Below are positions 25,859-38,472 of a stretch of 64,000 nt of DNA, one piece after another. The position numbers and the translations under genes were made by a program. The notes under the pieces were generated by a model. It did not search any database and was not told where the DNA came from. It was given only the letters and a program-made list of their open reading frames with translations. Each line of letters starts with the position of its first letter. The first letter of the stretch is position 1. The stretch comes from Chloroflexota bacterium (GTDB lineage Bacteria; Chloroflexota; Dormibacteria; CF-121), in the NCBI GenBank assembly GCA_005882775.1, contig VBDY01000120.1, forward strand, positions 3,357 through 67,356, read 5' to 3'.

Positions 25859-28003
25859 CTAGCTCGCGGCCAGGTTACCTTCGCGCGCGACCGTGTGCAC
25901 GTCCTTGACGGTCTCGAGTCGCTCCATCAGGCGGCTGAGCTGGGTCAGGCTGCTGATCTCCACCGTGGTCGAGATCACCGCCGTCTTGTCGTCGTAGACC
26001 TGGACCTCGGCACCGGTCAGGTTGATCTTGTTTTCCGCGATCACGGTGGCAATGTCACGCAGCAGCCCGGTCCGGTCCCAGGCCTCGATCTTGATAGCGA
26101 CCGGGTAGAGCTGCCGGCCGCCGGTGTCCCAGTCGACCTCGACCAGACGCTCCTGGTTGAGCACGTTCATCACGTTTTTGCAGGTGGCCCGGTGGACGGT
26201 GATCCCCTTGCCCCGAGTGATGTATCCCTTGATCGGGTCCCCGGGAACGGGCTTGCAGCATTGGGCGATCTGGGTCAGGACACCTCGCTCGCCTTTGACC
26301 CGGATCTCGCCAGTCGGCTTGAACTGGGGCACCATCGGGATGAGCGGGAACTCGCCGTTGCCGTCCGGCTGGCTGGCCGCCACATCCTTGAGCAGCACCG
26401 CGTGGGCGCTGACGTCACCGTATCCGATCGCGGCGAAGAAATCGTTGAGGTCGTTGAAGTGAAACTCCTGGGCCAGCTCGAGCACGCGAGCGTCGCCAAT
26501 CGACGCAAGCGACCGCTGCTCAATCCGGCGAAACTCTTTGTCGAGGAGCTCTTTACCCTTGGCGACATTCTCCTCTCGACGTTCCTTCTTGAACCAGGCG
26601 CGGATCTTTTGGGAGGCTCCGGCGGTCTTGACGAAACTGAGCCAGTCACGGCTGGGGCCATGCGGCCCCTTGGAAGTGAGGACCTCAACGATGTCACCGT
26701 TCTCAAGCGGATAGTCGAGCGGCACCATCCGGCTGTTAGCCTTGGCCCCGATGCAGCGGTGCCCGACCTCGGTATGGATCCGGTAAGCGAAGTCGACCGC
26801 GGTCGCACCACTCGGCAGGGCGAGCACATCACCCTTGGGGGTGAAGACGAAGACCTCGTCGCGAAACACGTCGACCTTGACCGCATCCACGAACTTCTCG
26901 GCGTCGAGCACCTCTTTCTGCCAGTCCATCAACTGGCGGAGCCAGGCGAAGCGCTGGTCCATCTTGCGCTCTTCTTTGGAGCCCTCTTTGTAAGCCCAGT
27001 GCGCGGCCACGCCCCACTCCGCGGTCTTGTGCATCTCGTGGGTTCGGATCTGGATCTCCATCGGCTCCCCGGAGTGGCTGACGACGGTGGTATGCAGGGA
27101 CTGGTAGCCGTTCGACTTCGGCATGGCGATGTAGTCCTTGAAGCGACCGGGGATCGGCTTCCAGAGCGAATGGATCACGCCCAGGGCGCCGTAGCAGTCC
27201 TTGATCGAGTCGGTCAGCACCCGGATCGCGGAGAGGTCGTAGATCTCGTCGAAATCCTTGCCGAGCGCGAGCTTCTGGGCGATGCTGTACACGTGCTTGG
27301 GCCGGCCGCTGGTGTCGGCTTTGATGCCGACGGCTGAAAGCTCTCGCTCCAGGATCTCCTTGATGTCGTTGACGTAGGTTTCGCGCTCCTTGCGCTTGCG
27401 CGCGATCCGCTTGACGATGTCGTGGTACTCGTCCGGATGCAGCTGGGAGAAGGAGAGGTCCTCCAGCTCCCATTTGATGTTCCACATCCCGAGCCGGTGG
27501 GCGAGCGGCGCATAGATGTCGAGCGTCTCCTGGGCCATGGCTCGTCGCCTGTTCTCCGGAAGGAAGTCCACCGTGCGCATGTTGTGCAGCCGGTCGGCGA
27601 GTTTCATCAGCACTACCCGGACGTCCTCGGCCATGGCGACCAGCATCTTGCGGACGTTCTCCGCCTGTGCCTGCTCCTGGCTGTGGAAGGAGATCTTCTC
27701 CAGCTTGGTCACGCCGGCCACGAGCTTGCCGACAGTGGGGCCAAAGCTCTGCTCGAGGTCCGTGACCGTCAGGTGGGTGTCCTCCACGGTGTCGTGGAGG
27801 ATGGCGGCGGCCAGCGTGTCCCGGTCCAGCTGGAGGTCGGCGAGGATCCCCGCCACGCTGAGCGGATGCTCGATGAATTTCTCGCCCGACAGCCGGTTCT
27901 GGTCGTGGTGGGCACTGGCGGCCGTGTCGTAGGCGCGCGACAGGACCTCAACGTCCTGCGGCGGTAAGTAGCTGAGCTTGGTCAGCAGATCCGCGAATTG
28001 CAT
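25859..28003 (-). CDS. rel: Bifunctional (p)ppGpp synthetase/hydrolase Rel
   Basis: HD motif AAILHDTVED, KLADRLHNMRT, RFKDYIAMPKSNGYQSLHT, TGS (VFTPKG), CC.P.PGD and ACT domain. ATG at 28003. Confidence 0.97.
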   Translation of the reverse strand: MQFADLLTKLSYLPPQDVEVLSRAYDTAASAHHDQNRLSGEKFIEHPLSVAGILADLQLDRDTLAAAILHDTVEDTHLTVTDLEQSFGPTVGKLVAGVTKLEKISFHSQEQAQAENVRKMLVAMAEDVRVVLMKLADRLHNMRTVDFLPENRRRAMAQETLDIYAPLAHRLGMWNIKWELEDLSFSQLHPDEYHDIVKRIARKRKERETYVNDIKEILERELSAVGIKADTSGRPKHVYSIAQKLALGKDFDEIYDLSAIRVLTDSIKDCYGALGVIHSLWKPIPGRFKDYIAMPKSNGYQSLHTTVVSHSGEPMEIQIRTHEMHKTAEWGVAAHWAYKEGSKEERKMDQRFAWLRQLMDWQKEVLDAEKFVDAVKVDVFRDEVFVFTPKGDVLALPSGATAVDFAYRIHTEVGHRCIGAKANSRMVPLDYPLENGDIVEVLTSKGPHGPSRDWLSFVKTAGASQKIRAWFKKERREENVAKGKELLDKEFRRIEQRSLASIGDARVLELAQEFHFNDLNDFFAAIGYGDVSAHAVLLKDVAASQPDGNGEFPLIPMVPQFKPTGEIRVKGERGVLTQIAQCCKPVPGDPIKGYITRGKGITVHRATCKNVMNVLNQERLVEVDWDTGGRQLYPVAIKIEAWDRTGLLRDIATVIAENKINLTGAEVQVYDDKTAVISTTVEISSLTQLSRLMERLETVKDVHTVAREGNLAAS

Positions 28004-28087
28004 TGTGCCCTTTGTGGAATTATCCCCGAAGTCCTGGAAACCCAACCGGCGCAGTCGCGCGGGTAGGGACGCCGGGCAGGCTGCCGC

Positions 28088-29545
28088 CTAGTAGGCCTTG
28101 GCCCAGATCACCTCGGTGGCGGCCGGCTTGCCGCAGACGGCGCAGGCTGCCGCGGGTGCCACAGACCCGGTCGGGATTACGCGCGTCGTGGCACCTGTCA
28201 GCTCCTTCACCTTGAGCTCGTCCTCGGCGCTACCGCACCAGGGGGTGAGGACGAACCCACTGCCACGCTGGAAGTGCTCGACCATCGCCGGCAGTGAGTC
28301 CAGCCGGACGGTGTTGGTCGTTCGGAACTCCATGGCGCGGGCAAACATCGCGTCCTGGATCTGCTTGAGCATGGCCGGGATCCTGACGCCCAGATCGCGA
28401 AGTCCGATCGCCTCCTTGGCCCGGTCGTACCGCCGGACCACGGTCACTTCGTTGCGGGCCAGGTCGCGGGGCCCGACCTCGATCCGGACGGGGACTCCTT
28501 TCAGCTCCCACTCGCTGAACTTGAAACCGGGTCTCTGGTCACGCCAGTCCTGCTTGAGTCGAATCTCGGAGAGATCCTCCAGGACGGGCGCCAGTGCGGC
28601 AGCGATCTGCGAACGCTCGGCTTCACTGCGAAAAATGGGCACGATCACCACCTGGATGGGCGCCACCATGGGCGGCATCTGGATCCCGGACTCGTCGCCA
28701 TGGACCATGATCAGCGCCCCCACGATCCGTGTCGACATTCCCCAGCTGGTCGAGTGCGGATATTGCTTCTCGTTGTTCCGACCGGTGAAAGTCAGGTCAT
28801 AGGCCCGGGTGAAGTTCTCGCCGAAGTAGTGTGAGGTGGCGGCCTGCAGGGCCTTCCCATCCTTCATCAGTGCCTCGATGGCGGTTGAATATTGCGCGCC
28901 CGCGAATTTCTCGATCTCGGACTTGCGGCCCGGGATCACCGGGATGGCGCACCATTCCTCGGCAATCTGCCGGTAGCACTCGAGCATGGTGTAGACCTCT
29001 TTTTCCGCCTCCTCCGAGGTCTCGTGGAAGGTGTGGCCCTCCTGCCAGAGGAACTCCATGGTGCGAAGAAAGAGCCGAGTCCGTAGCTCCCAGCGAAAGA
29101 CGTTATTCCACTGGTTTGTCAGCACGGGCAGGTCCCGGTAGGACTGGACGTAATCGCGCAGGGTGGTGGCGAGCAGGGTTTCGGAGGTGGGACGCAGCAC
29201 CAGGGGCTCCTCGAGCTCCTTCCCACCGCCGCGGGTCACCAGGGCGAACTCCGGGGCAAAGCCCTCCACGTGCTCGGCTTCCTTCTGTAGGAAGCTGAGC
29301 GGGATCAACATCGGGAAATACCAGTTCTCGTGTCCGGTCTTCTTGATCAGGGCATCCAGTGCATTACGGATGTTTTCCCAGAGCGCGAAACCGTATGGGC
29401 GGATGACCATGCAGCCTCGTACCGCTGAGTAGTCGGCCAGCTCGGCCTTGCGGACCACGTCGTTGTACCAGCCCGGGAAATCCTGCGACTGCTTGCGGAT
29501 CTCCTTGACAAAACCCTTTTCGGGTTGCTCTTCCTCGACAGCCAT
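28088..29545 (-). CDS. proS: Proline--tRNA ligase, eukaryote/archaea-like type
   Basis: KEAEHVEGFAPE, RPTSET, FLRTMEFLWQEGHT, SWGMSTR and C-terminal AKAY; no INS editing domain. Confidence 0.96.
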   Translation of the reverse strand: MAVEEEQPEKGFVKEIRKQSQDFPGWYNDVVRKAELADYSAVRGCMVIRPYGFALWENIRNALDALIKKTGHENWYFPMLIPLSFLQKEAEHVEGFAPEFALVTRGGGKELEEPLVLRPTSETLLATTLRDYVQSYRDLPVLTNQWNNVFRWELRTRLFLRTMEFLWQEGHTFHETSEEAEKEVYTMLECYRQIAEEWCAIPVIPGRKSEIEKFAGAQYSTAIEALMKDGKALQAATSHYFGENFTRAYDLTFTGRNNEKQYPHSTSWGMSTRIVGALIMVHGDESGIQMPPMVAPIQVVIVPIFRSEAERSQIAAALAPVLEDLSEIRLKQDWRDQRPGFKFSEWELKGVPVRIEVGPRDLARNEVTVVRRYDRAKEAIGLRDLGVRIPAMLKQIQDAMFARAMEFRTTNTVRLDSLPAMVEHFQRGSGFVLTPWCGSAEDELKVKELTGATTRVIPTGSVAPAAACAVCGKPAATEVIWAKAY

Positions 29546-29557
29546 GTGGCTGTCGAG
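29534..29557. promoter_or_regulatory. Perfect 11-bp inverted repeat spanning the proS start codon, next to a TATACT -10 box
   Basis: CTCGACAGCCA-TG-TGGCTGTCGAG; minus-strand TATACT at 29556-29561. Confidence 0.55.
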
Positions 29558-29572
29558 TATACGGACTGCTAA

Positions 29573-30670
29573 CTAGCTGGCGAGCTTTTGCTCGTCTTCG
29601 CGGGCGATCGCGTCGAGCTCGCGCAGTAGCGCCGGCACCAGCTCTTTCTCGGGGAACGTGCCGACTATCTTCCCGTGCTTGAAAAGGATGCCCTTGCCTT
29701 TGCCGCCCGCGATGCCGATGTCGGCATGCTGACCCTCGCCCGGGCCATTGACGACGCAGCCCATCACCGACACGTTGATGGGTCTCTTGATCTTCTTGAG
29801 AGCCTGCTCGACCTCGGCCACCATGGGCAGCATGTCGATCTCGAGACGTCCGCACATGGGGCAAGCGATCAGGTTCGGGCCGGTCTGCGTCTCCGAGAGG
29901 GCATTGACGATCCCGTAGCCAACCTCGACCTCTTCCACGGAATCCCCCGCCAGCGAGACCCGGATGGTGTCCCCGATCCCCTCTTCGAGCAGGATGCCGA
30001 TGCCGACCGCGCTCTTGACCGAACCCGTGCGTGGGGGACCGGATTCGGTGACCCCCAGGTGGAGCGGGTAGTAGATCTTATCGGCGATGGCGCGGTTCGC
30101 CGCAATCATCGTCGGCGGGTCCGACGCCTTCATCGACACCTTGATCTGGTTGAATTCGAGGGCTTCGAGGATGGCGATGTGGCCCAGGGCCGCCCGCACC
30201 ATGGCGTCGACGACCTCCTCGGTGGGTGGGCGTCTCCCCTCCCCTTCCTTACCGCGACCGGGAAGCGAACCCGCATTCACCCCGATCCGGATCGGAATGT
30301 CGCGTTCCTTGGCCCGCCGTGTGATCTCCTTCACCTTGTCGGGATCCCGGATGTTCCCGGGGTTGAGCCGGAGACCGTCCACCCCGGCGTCCATCGCCAG
30401 CAGCGCCAGCGGATAGTCGTAGTGGATGTCGGCGATGATGGGCAGAGGCGAACCCTTCTTGATTTCGATCATGGCCTCCGCCGCCTCCCGGGTAGGGACG
30501 GCGACCCGGACGATCTTGCAATCGACGTCCTTCAGTCGGGCGATCTCATTGAGCGTCGCCTTGACGTCGCGCGTATCCGCCTTGGTCATGGACTGGACCA
30601 CGACCGGGGCCGCCCCGCCCACGATCACGTCGCCCACGCGCACCGGCTGACACTTTCGCCTTGGCTTCAT
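29573..30670 (-). CDS. ispG: (E)-4-hydroxy-3-methylbut-2-enyl-diphosphate synthase
   Basis: VQSMT, ADIHYD, RLNPGNI, RIGVNAGSL, CPMCGR and MGCVVNGPGE. Confidence 0.97.
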   Translation of the reverse strand: MKPRRKCQPVRVGDVIVGGAAPVVVQSMTKADTRDVKATLNEIARLKDVDCKIVRVAVPTREAAEAMIEIKKGSPLPIIADIHYDYPLALLAMDAGVDGLRLNPGNIRDPDKVKEITRRAKERDIPIRIGVNAGSLPGRGKEGEGRRPPTEEVVDAMVRAALGHIAILEALEFNQIKVSMKASDPPTMIAANRAIADKIYYPLHLGVTESGPPRTGSVKSAVGIGILLEEGIGDTIRVSLAGDSVEEVEVGYGIVNALSETQTGPNLIACPMCGRLEIDMLPMVAEVEQALKKIKRPINVSVMGCVVNGPGEGQHADIGIAGGKGKGILFKHGKIVGTFPEKELVPALLRELDAIAREDEQKLAS

Positions 30671-31738
30671 CTAGCGCAACACATCGTTATATGTCACAAG
30701 TCCGATCAATCCAAACAGGATGGCGAGACCCACGTAGTGGACCATTTGCTCGCGGGCCGGGTCGACCGGACGGCCGCGAATGGCCTCGATCACCAGGAAT
30801 GCCGCCCGCCCACCGTCCAGCGCCGGGAAGGGCAGGATGTTGACCAGGCCCAGGCTGAGACTGAGGAACCCGATGAACGGGATCAGATTCAGGCCGCCGC
30901 CCTGGGCCACCTGGGCAGTGGTCTTGACGATACCCACCGGCCCTTCGATCCCCTTCGGACCGAGGAGGCCGCCCAGCCGCTTGTCGGTGGCCAGCTGGTA
31001 GATGCCGCCGAAGATACCGGCGATGGTATCGCCCGTCCGCTGGATGGAGAGGCCGGCCGCCTGAAGCGGACCGTAATGGTAGGTCACTATCGCCGGCCGA
31101 ATCCCGATCACGAACCCACCCGAATCCTGGTCATAGACCGGGGTGACGGTGTAGGTCTGCGTCTGGCCGGCGCGCCGCACCGTGACGGTGACCGGGGCGC
31201 CGTTGGAGGCGTTCACCCAGCGGTGGAGATCGTTGTACTGGTTGACCGGGTGTCCATCAACCGACAGGATCACGTCCCCCGGTCTGATTCCGGCCGGCCC
31301 GGATGGCATGACGTTCGGCGCGGACACCGCGGGTTTCGTGGAGTCGAGGCTTCCGACCTCGATCGGGGCCTTGTAGTCGAGATCACCGGCGATGGCAATG
31401 GTGCCGAAGAAGATCAGCACGGGCAGGGCCAGGTTCAGAGCTGAGCCGGCCACGATCACGATGAAGCGTTGCCAAAGGGGGTGGGCATTGAACCCGCGCG
31501 GACCCGCGTCCGTACCGTCCATCCCGGCCAGCTTTACAAAGCCGCCCAGTGGAATCGCCCGGACCGCATACAGCGTCTCGCCCCGTTGACGGCCGAAGAG
31601 CATCGGACCAAAGCCGACGCTGAACTGCTCAACCTTGATGCCGGCAAGCTTGGCGCTGACGTAGTGGCCGGATTCGTGCAGGATGATGATCCCGCTGAAA
31701 ATCAGCACGATCACCAGGGCAAGAAGCGCGCCGCTCAC
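30671..31738 (-). CDS. rseP: Site-2 (M50) RIP metalloprotease with PDZ domain
   Basis: HESGH, FSVGFGP, PLGGFV and [11 protein letters not shown]. Confidence 0.94.
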   Translation of the reverse strand: MSGALLALVIVLIFSGIIILHESGHYVSAKLAGIKVEQFSVGFGPMLFGRQRGETLYAVRAIPLGGFVKLAGMDGTDAGPRGFNAHPLWQRFIVIVAGSALNLALPVLIFFGTIAIAGDLDYKAPIEVGSLDSTKPAVSAPNVMPSGPAGIRPGDVILSVDGHPVNQYNDLHRWVNASNGAPVTVTVRRAGQTQTYTVTPVYDQDSGGFVIGIRPAIVTYHYGPLQAAGLSIQRTGDTIAGIFGGIYQLATDKRLGGLLGPKGIEGPVGIVKTTAQVAQGGGLNLIPFIGFLSLSLGLVNILPFPALDGGRAAFLVIEAIRGRPVDPAREQMVHYVGLAILFGLIGLVTYNDVLR

Positions 31739-32901
31739 GTTCTCACCTTACTAGACGTCCTTTGCGATCCTTCCCCAGCCAGTTCGAGGACGCGGGCGCG
31801 TGCCCAACGATCCGCGGACAGGAGCGAATCGAGGGACATGGATCCGGCGGCAGGCGCCTCGGCTAGCGCGCGGCGCACCAACGCCACTATGTCGGTGAAC
31901 CCGATCCGCCCTTCGAGGAAGAGAGCCACCGCCTGCTCGTTCGCCGCGTTCAAAACCGCCGGGGCGCTGCCGCCTCGCTCACCGGCTGCCCGGGCCAGGG
32001 CCACAGCAGGAAAGCGCTGCTCGTCCAACGCCTCAAAGGTCAACTGGCCGATCGCCCCCAGGTCCGGAGCAGGCACCACGTCGGGAACCCGTTCCGGGTA
32101 GCTCAGGGCGACCGCGATCGGCAAATGCATGTCGGGGACACCGAGTTGCGCCTTGATGCTCCCGTCGGTGAACTGCACCATCGAATGCACAACGCTTTGA
32201 GGATGAACGAGAACATCGATGTCCTGGTACGCGACGTCGAAGAGGACGTGCGCCTCGAGGATCTCGAGACCCTTGTTCATCATGGTCGCCGAGTCCACCG
32301 TGATCTTGGGACCCATCTTCCAGCGTGGATGGGCAAGAGCCTCAGCCACGGTGACCCCGGACAGCGTCGACAGGGGACGGCGCAGGAAGGGCCCGCCCGA
32401 GCCAGTCAGGATCAGGCGGCGTACCGCCTCCCGTCGCTCGCCCCATAAACACTGCCAGATGGCGCTGTGCTCGCTATCGATCGGAAAGATCTGAGAACCA
32501 TGCCGGCGCATCTCCTCGCGAACCAGGTCCCCAGCCATCACCAGGACCTCCTTGGTGGCAAGGGCGATGTCCTTGCCCGCCCGCAAGGCCGCCAGCGTGG
32601 GCGGCAGAGCGGCGCTACCGGAAACCGCCACCACCACCAGGTCGACCTCGGGATCGGTGAGCACCCGCTCGACGGCGCTCGCAGCCGCCGACCGGTCGCC
32701 ACCGGCCGGTTCGGCCAGCAGGACATGTGCCTCCGGATGCGCCTGGGCCACCAGCTTCAACGCGTTGGCATCGTGGCCACCGATCAGGGAATGAAGGGCG
32801 AATCTATCGGGATGCCGTAAAACCAGGTCACCGACCTGGCCCCCCACCGAGCCGGTCGCCCCCAGGAGCGCCAGGCGCTTGGGCCGCCTAGACGAACTCA
32901 T
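31735..32901 (-). CDS. dxr: 1-deoxy-D-xylulose-5-phosphate reductoisomerase
   Basis: [17 protein letters not shown] and [23 protein letters not shown]. Confidence 0.97.
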   Translation of the reverse strand: MSSSRRPKRLALLGATGSVGGQVGDLVLRHPDRFALHSLIGGHDANALKLVAQAHPEAHVLLAEPAGGDRSAAASAVERVLTDPEVDLVVVAVSGSAALPPTLAALRAGKDIALATKEVLVMAGDLVREEMRRHGSQIFPIDSEHSAIWQCLWGERREAVRRLILTGSGGPFLRRPLSTLSGVTVAEALAHPRWKMGPKITVDSATMMNKGLEILEAHVLFDVAYQDIDVLVHPQSVVHSMVQFTDGSIKAQLGVPDMHLPIAVALSYPERVPDVVPAPDLGAIGQLTFEALDEQRFPAVALARAAGERGGSAPAVLNAANEQAVALFLEGRIGFTDIVALVRRALAEAPAAGSMSLDSLLSADRWARARVLELAGEGSQRTSSKVRT

Positions 32902-33707
32902 GTCAGATGGAAAACGCGGAAATAGTAGTAGACCAGCACCCCCACCAGCAGGAGGGAATCGATCCGGTCCAGCACCCCGCCGTGGCCGGGGATTACCTGG
33001 CTGGCGTCCTTGACCCCCGCGCCCCTCTTGATCTGCGACTCCACCAGGTCACCAACCTGGGCCGCCGCGCCCACCAGCACGCCCAGAACCAGGTTGTGCG
33101 GAAAGGCCGCCCCGATGAATGGTCCGCCGGCGATCAGCACGGCGCTGCTGGCCAGCAGCCCCGCGATGGCTCCCTCGGCACTCTTATTCGGGCTGATCTT
33201 GGGAAAGAATCGGTGCCGGCCCCAGCGGGTCCCGACCACCATGGCCGCCGTGTCTCCCGCCCAGACGCTGACAAAGACCACGATCACCGCCAGGAAGCCG
33301 GTGTGATTCGTGTCGGGCTGAGGCGGGAGAAAATACAGAGCCAGGTAGAAACTCAGCAGGTAGCCGAGGTAGAGGCTGCCGCCGACCGCGAGCGCCCAGC
33401 GAGTCAGGCTGGAACGCCAATCTCGGACAAAAACCATGATCCCGAGCCCGGCCACGGCCGCGATCGCCAGCACCGCCGTCAGGTCGAGCCAGAGCGGCAG
33501 CCGGTCGCGCAGGAGCAGGGCATAACTCAGGGGAAACAGCAGCCACCAGGGAGCGGTGGATCCGAGCGCCCGGGTGAGCGCCAGGAATTCCAGGAGGGCG
33601 ACGCCGAGAAAGACCGCCATTGCCGCGTAGACCCAGGGAGAGCCCGCCGCCAGGGCCGCCACCACGACGACGATGAGGACCACCGCGCTGCCCACCCGAA
33701 GGACCAT
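32898..33707 (-). CDS. cdsA: Phosphatidate cytidylyltransferase
   Basis: ISPNKSAEG and GDLVESQIKRGAGVKD...IPGHGGVLDRIDS; ATG at 33707 after GGGAG. Confidence 0.95.
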   Translation of the reverse strand: MVLRVGSAVVLIVVVVAALAAGSPWVYAAMAVFLGVALLEFLALTRALGSTAPWWLLFPLSYALLLRDRLPLWLDLTAVLAIAAVAGLGIMVFVRDWRSSLTRWALAVGGSLYLGYLLSFYLALYFLPPQPDTNHTGFLAVIVVFVSVWAGDTAAMVVGTRWGRHRFFPKISPNKSAEGAIAGLLASSAVLIAGGPFIGAAFPHNLVLGVLVGAAAQVGDLVESQIKRGAGVKDASQVIPGHGGVLDRIDSLLLVGVLVYYYFRVFHLT

Positions 33708-33753
33708 GTTCGAGGGCTCCCGCGACCCCGGTCTGATGCTGCCGGTCTTGGCG

Positions 33754-34473
33754 TCAGCGGCCTCGATTGGAGACCTCCGGCCGGGCACCGAACCGGCGCT
33801 CGCGGCGATGATACGAGGCGAGCGCCTGATCGAGATCGTCCTCTCCGAAATCCGGCCACAGCGTCTGCGTGCTGAAGAACTCCGAGTAGGCGGTCTGCCA
33901 CAACAGGAAATTGCTGAGGCGCATCTCACCCGCCGTGCGAATCACCAGGTCCGGATCGGGCAGTCCCTGAGTGTAGAGGTGATTGCCGATGGTGACCTCA
34001 TCGACCTGCTTGAGGTCGATGCCTTCGCGGGCCATGGCCCGGACCGCGTCTACGATCTCACCCCGGCCGCCGTAATTGATGGCGATGTTGAGGATGGCGC
34101 GGCCACCCACGCTGGTGCGTTCGTTCGCCTGACGCATCTGGTCCTGCAAGGCGGGCGACAGCTCCTCGAGCCGGCCGGAGAAGCGCAGCTCGATGTGCCG
34201 CCGGGCCAGCTCGTCCAGCTCGCGCCGGATGGTCTCGCCAAAGAGTGTCATCAGCGCGTCTACCTCATCGCGAGGCCGCGACCAGTTTTCCGTGGAAAAC
34301 GCGTAGAGAGTCAGCACCCGGACTCCTCGTTTGTCGCAGGCCTCGGCGACCCGCCGGATCGATTCGATGCCGGCCTTGTGCCCCATCACACGAGGGAGAA
34401 ATCGATGGCGGGCCCACCGGTTGTTGCCATCCATGATGATGGCGATGTGTTCCGGGGGCGGCAGCTGAGACAC
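33754..34473 (-). CDS. uppS: Polyprenyl (undecaprenyl) diphosphate synthase
   Basis: HIAIIMDGNNRWA, YAFSTENWSRP and RTAGEMRLSNFLLWQ. GTG at 34473. Confidence 0.96.
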   Translation of the reverse strand: MSQLPPPEHIAIIMDGNNRWARHRFLPRVMGHKAGIESIRRVAEACDKRGVRVLTLYAFSTENWSRPRDEVDALMTLFGETIRRELDELARRHIELRFSGRLEELSPALQDQMRQANERTSVGGRAILNIAINYGGRGEIVDAVRAMAREGIDLKQVDEVTIGNHLYTQGLPDPDLVIRTAGEMRLSNFLLWQTAYSEFFSTQTLWPDFGEDDLDQALASYHRRERRFGARPEVSNRGR

Positions 34474-34486
34474 GGGTGGGTTGGGC

Positions 34487-36419
<1,933 letters not shown>

Positions 36420-36420
36420 G

Positions 36421-37266
36421 TCATTTCTCGTCATCCAGGGCTTCGTCTTCATAGAATTCCGCCTCATCGACGTTGGGCATCCCGGCGAAGCCCTTCTCGC
36501 CCTCCTCTTCCTCTTCTGCCTCGACCCCGTAGAGGCCGGCGGTCGCCGCCTCCGGCTCCGGCGAGGCGGCCAGTTCTTCGGGACTGATCAGCTGACGTGC
36601 CTCGAGGGCAGCATCCGCGATTTTCGACGTGATCAGCTTGACCGCCCGGATGGCGTCATCGTTGCCCGGGATCACCTTGTCGATCTCGTCCGGGTCGCAG
36701 TTCGAATCGGTGATGGCCACGATCGGAATCGCCAGCTTGCGCGCCTCGGTGACTGCTATGTGTTCCTTACGCGGGTCGACCACGTAGACGGCTCCCGGCA
36801 GCTTCTTCATGTCGGCCATCCCGCCGAAGAAGCGCTCCAGGCGCTGCATCTCCTCTTCCAGCTGGGTGACCTGCTTCTTGCTGCCGGTGAACCCTCCGTT
36901 GTTACGGATCGCCCGCAGCGCGTTCAGCCGCTCGATCTGGCGCCGCATGACAGTGAAGTTGGTCAGCATGCCGCCCATCCAGCGGTGATTGACGTAAGGC
37001 ATGCCGGAGCGGCGCGCCTCGAGTTCGATCGATTCCTGGGCTTGCTTCTTGGTGCCCACGAAGAGCACCATCCGGCCACTGCCGACCACATCCTTGACCC
37101 AGTTGCTGGCCTCGTCCAGCAGCTTGACCGTCTGCTGCAGGTCGATGATGTGGATGCCATTGCGAGCGGTGAAGATGTACCGCTTCATCTTGGGATTCCA
37201 GCGGCTGGTCTGATGACCAAAATGGACGCCAGCTTCGAGAAGCTGCTTCAACGTGACGAGTGGCAT
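36421..37266 (-). CDS. rpsB: 30S ribosomal protein S2
   Basis: [17 protein letters not shown] and [11 protein letters not shown]. Confidence 0.98.
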   Translation of the reverse strand: MPLVTLKQLLEAGVHFGHQTSRWNPKMKRYIFTARNGIHIIDLQQTVKLLDEASNWVKDVVGSGRMVLFVGTKKQAQESIELEARRSGMPYVNHRWMGGMLTNFTVMRRQIERLNALRAIRNNGGFTGSKKQVTQLEEEMQRLERFFGGMADMKKLPGAVYVVDPRKEHIAVTEARKLAIPIVAITDSNCDPDEIDKVIPGNDDAIRAVKLITSKIADAALEARQLISPEELAASPEPEAATAGLYGVEAEEEEEGEKGFAGMPNVDEAEFYEDEALDDEK

Positions 37267-37391
37267 CGTGGGTAAGACCTCCTCAAGGTTTGCTTCCGCC
37301 CCCGTCTTCCGGCCGCCGGACCTGAAGGTTACCCGCCTTCAAGCACCCCGGCGCGCCGTCGGGAGGCGTGCTTAATGCGCTCGACAGTATA
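37267..37391 (-). promoter_or_regulatory. rpsB-tsf promoter (-10 TATACT) and structured 5' leader, putative S2 autoregulatory leader
   Basis: TATACT at 37386-37391; about 110-nt leader with a nested stem (CCGG..TGAAGG/CCTTCA..CCGG), then GGCGGAAGCAAACC and a GAGGAGG RBS. Confidence 0.6.
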
Positions 37392-37421
37392 CCGTGATTG
37401 CCGAAAAGCGAATCAGTCCGG

Positions 37422-38291
37422 CTAAGAGCCCTGTCTGGGGGCCATCGGCTCTGGGTCTTTCCCCGCGCTCAGGCTGTCGGAGAGGGACATGGTCCGCTGG
37501 TAGGCGGCCCAGACCGCGTCCGCCAGCACGGTTCGCAGCCGGCCGCGCTCGAGCTCGTGCAGGGCGGCGGCAGAGGTGCCACCCGGGGAAGTGACCATGT
37601 CGCGCAGCTGGGCCGGATGCTTTCCCGACCTCTCGGCGAACTCGACCGAGCCCTTGATCGTCTCCAGCACCAGGTCATGCGCCAGGTGCCGGGGAAATCC
37701 CAGGTGGACCGCGCTGTCGATCAACGCCTCCATCACCAGGAAGACGTAGGTCGGCCCCGTGCCACTGACCGCCGTCGCCATGGCTACGAATCGCTCGTCC
37801 TCGACCTGGAGCTCCCTGCCCAGGGCGCCGAGCAGGGCTCGGGCCTGAGCCCGGTGGGCTTCCGTGGCCTCATCGGTCGCATACCAGATGTTCATCCCCA
37901 TGCCGATCTGGGCGGGGGTGTTCGGCATCACCCGGACCAGGGCGGCGTGATCGAGCCCTTTGCGCAGGGCGTCCGTCCGGGCACCGGCGATGATCGAGAT
38001 CACAAGCTTTTCCGGGGCCAGGCTGGGGCGCATCTCGGCGAGCACCCGGGGCATGACCTGCGGCTTGATTCCCAGGACCACGATGTCGCCCCGCTGGGCG
38101 GCCTCGGCGTTGCCGGCGGTTACCTCGATGCCGTACTTCTCTTTGAGGAAGGCCCGGCGCTCAGCCCGCGGGTGGCTGGCGACAATCGCGGATGCCTCGA
38201 TCAGCTTGCGCTCGATCACGCCAGCGATCATGGCCTCGGCCATCACACCGGCGCCGATCACGCTCAAGCGCGACGCGCGCAGCGGGCTCAT
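37422..38291 (-). CDS. proC: Pyrroline-5-carboxylate reductase
   Basis: IGAGVMA, VRVMPNTP, TAVSGTGP and VTSPGGT. Confidence 0.96.
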   Translation of the reverse strand: MSPLRASRLSVIGAGVMAEAMIAGVIERKLIEASAIVASHPRAERRAFLKEKYGIEVTAGNAEAAQRGDIVVLGIKPQVMPRVLAEMRPSLAPEKLVISIIAGARTDALRKGLDHAALVRVMPNTPAQIGMGMNIWYATDEATEAHRAQARALLGALGRELQVEDERFVAMATAVSGTGPTYVFLVMEALIDSAVHLGFPRHLAHDLVLETIKGSVEFAERSGKHPAQLRDMVTSPGGTSAAALHELERGRLRTVLADAVWAAYQRTMSLSDSLSAGKDPEPMAPRQGS

Positions 38292-38334
38292 CCCGGCATT
38301 CTATCCGCCCCCGCTTTCCGTCCCTCCGCAAAGA

Positions 38335-38472
38335 GACTTAGCCGGCGATTGCGCCTCCGTTTCGGCCTTCGCGCCGCCCGGCCGCAATCAAGAATGGCGG
38401 CCGGATGCGTTGCTCCGTGCCTACTCCGGCGCTCGCCGGAAGCTAAAGCGCGCTCCGCGCGTTCTGCTAACC
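38335..38472. other. Structured intergenic element (multiple hairpins) between topA and proC
   Basis: Hairpins CCGGCCGC..GCGGCCGG and TCCGGCG-CT-CGCCGGA, with a short outer TTAGC/GCTAA inverted pair. Confidence 0.35.

Noticed and set aside
28015-28050. SigB/F-type promoter (GTTT...GGGGAT) upstream of rel
   Set aside because: The spacer is only about 10 nt, too short; GATAAT as a housekeeping -10 fits better.
29675-31444. Long plus-strand ORFs (589 aa here; also 22099..23553, 25895..27337, 20921..22225, 37398..38507 and others)
   Set aside because: They lie antisense to unambiguous housekeeping genes and have no recognisable motifs. This is the expected shadow of high-GC3 codon usage.
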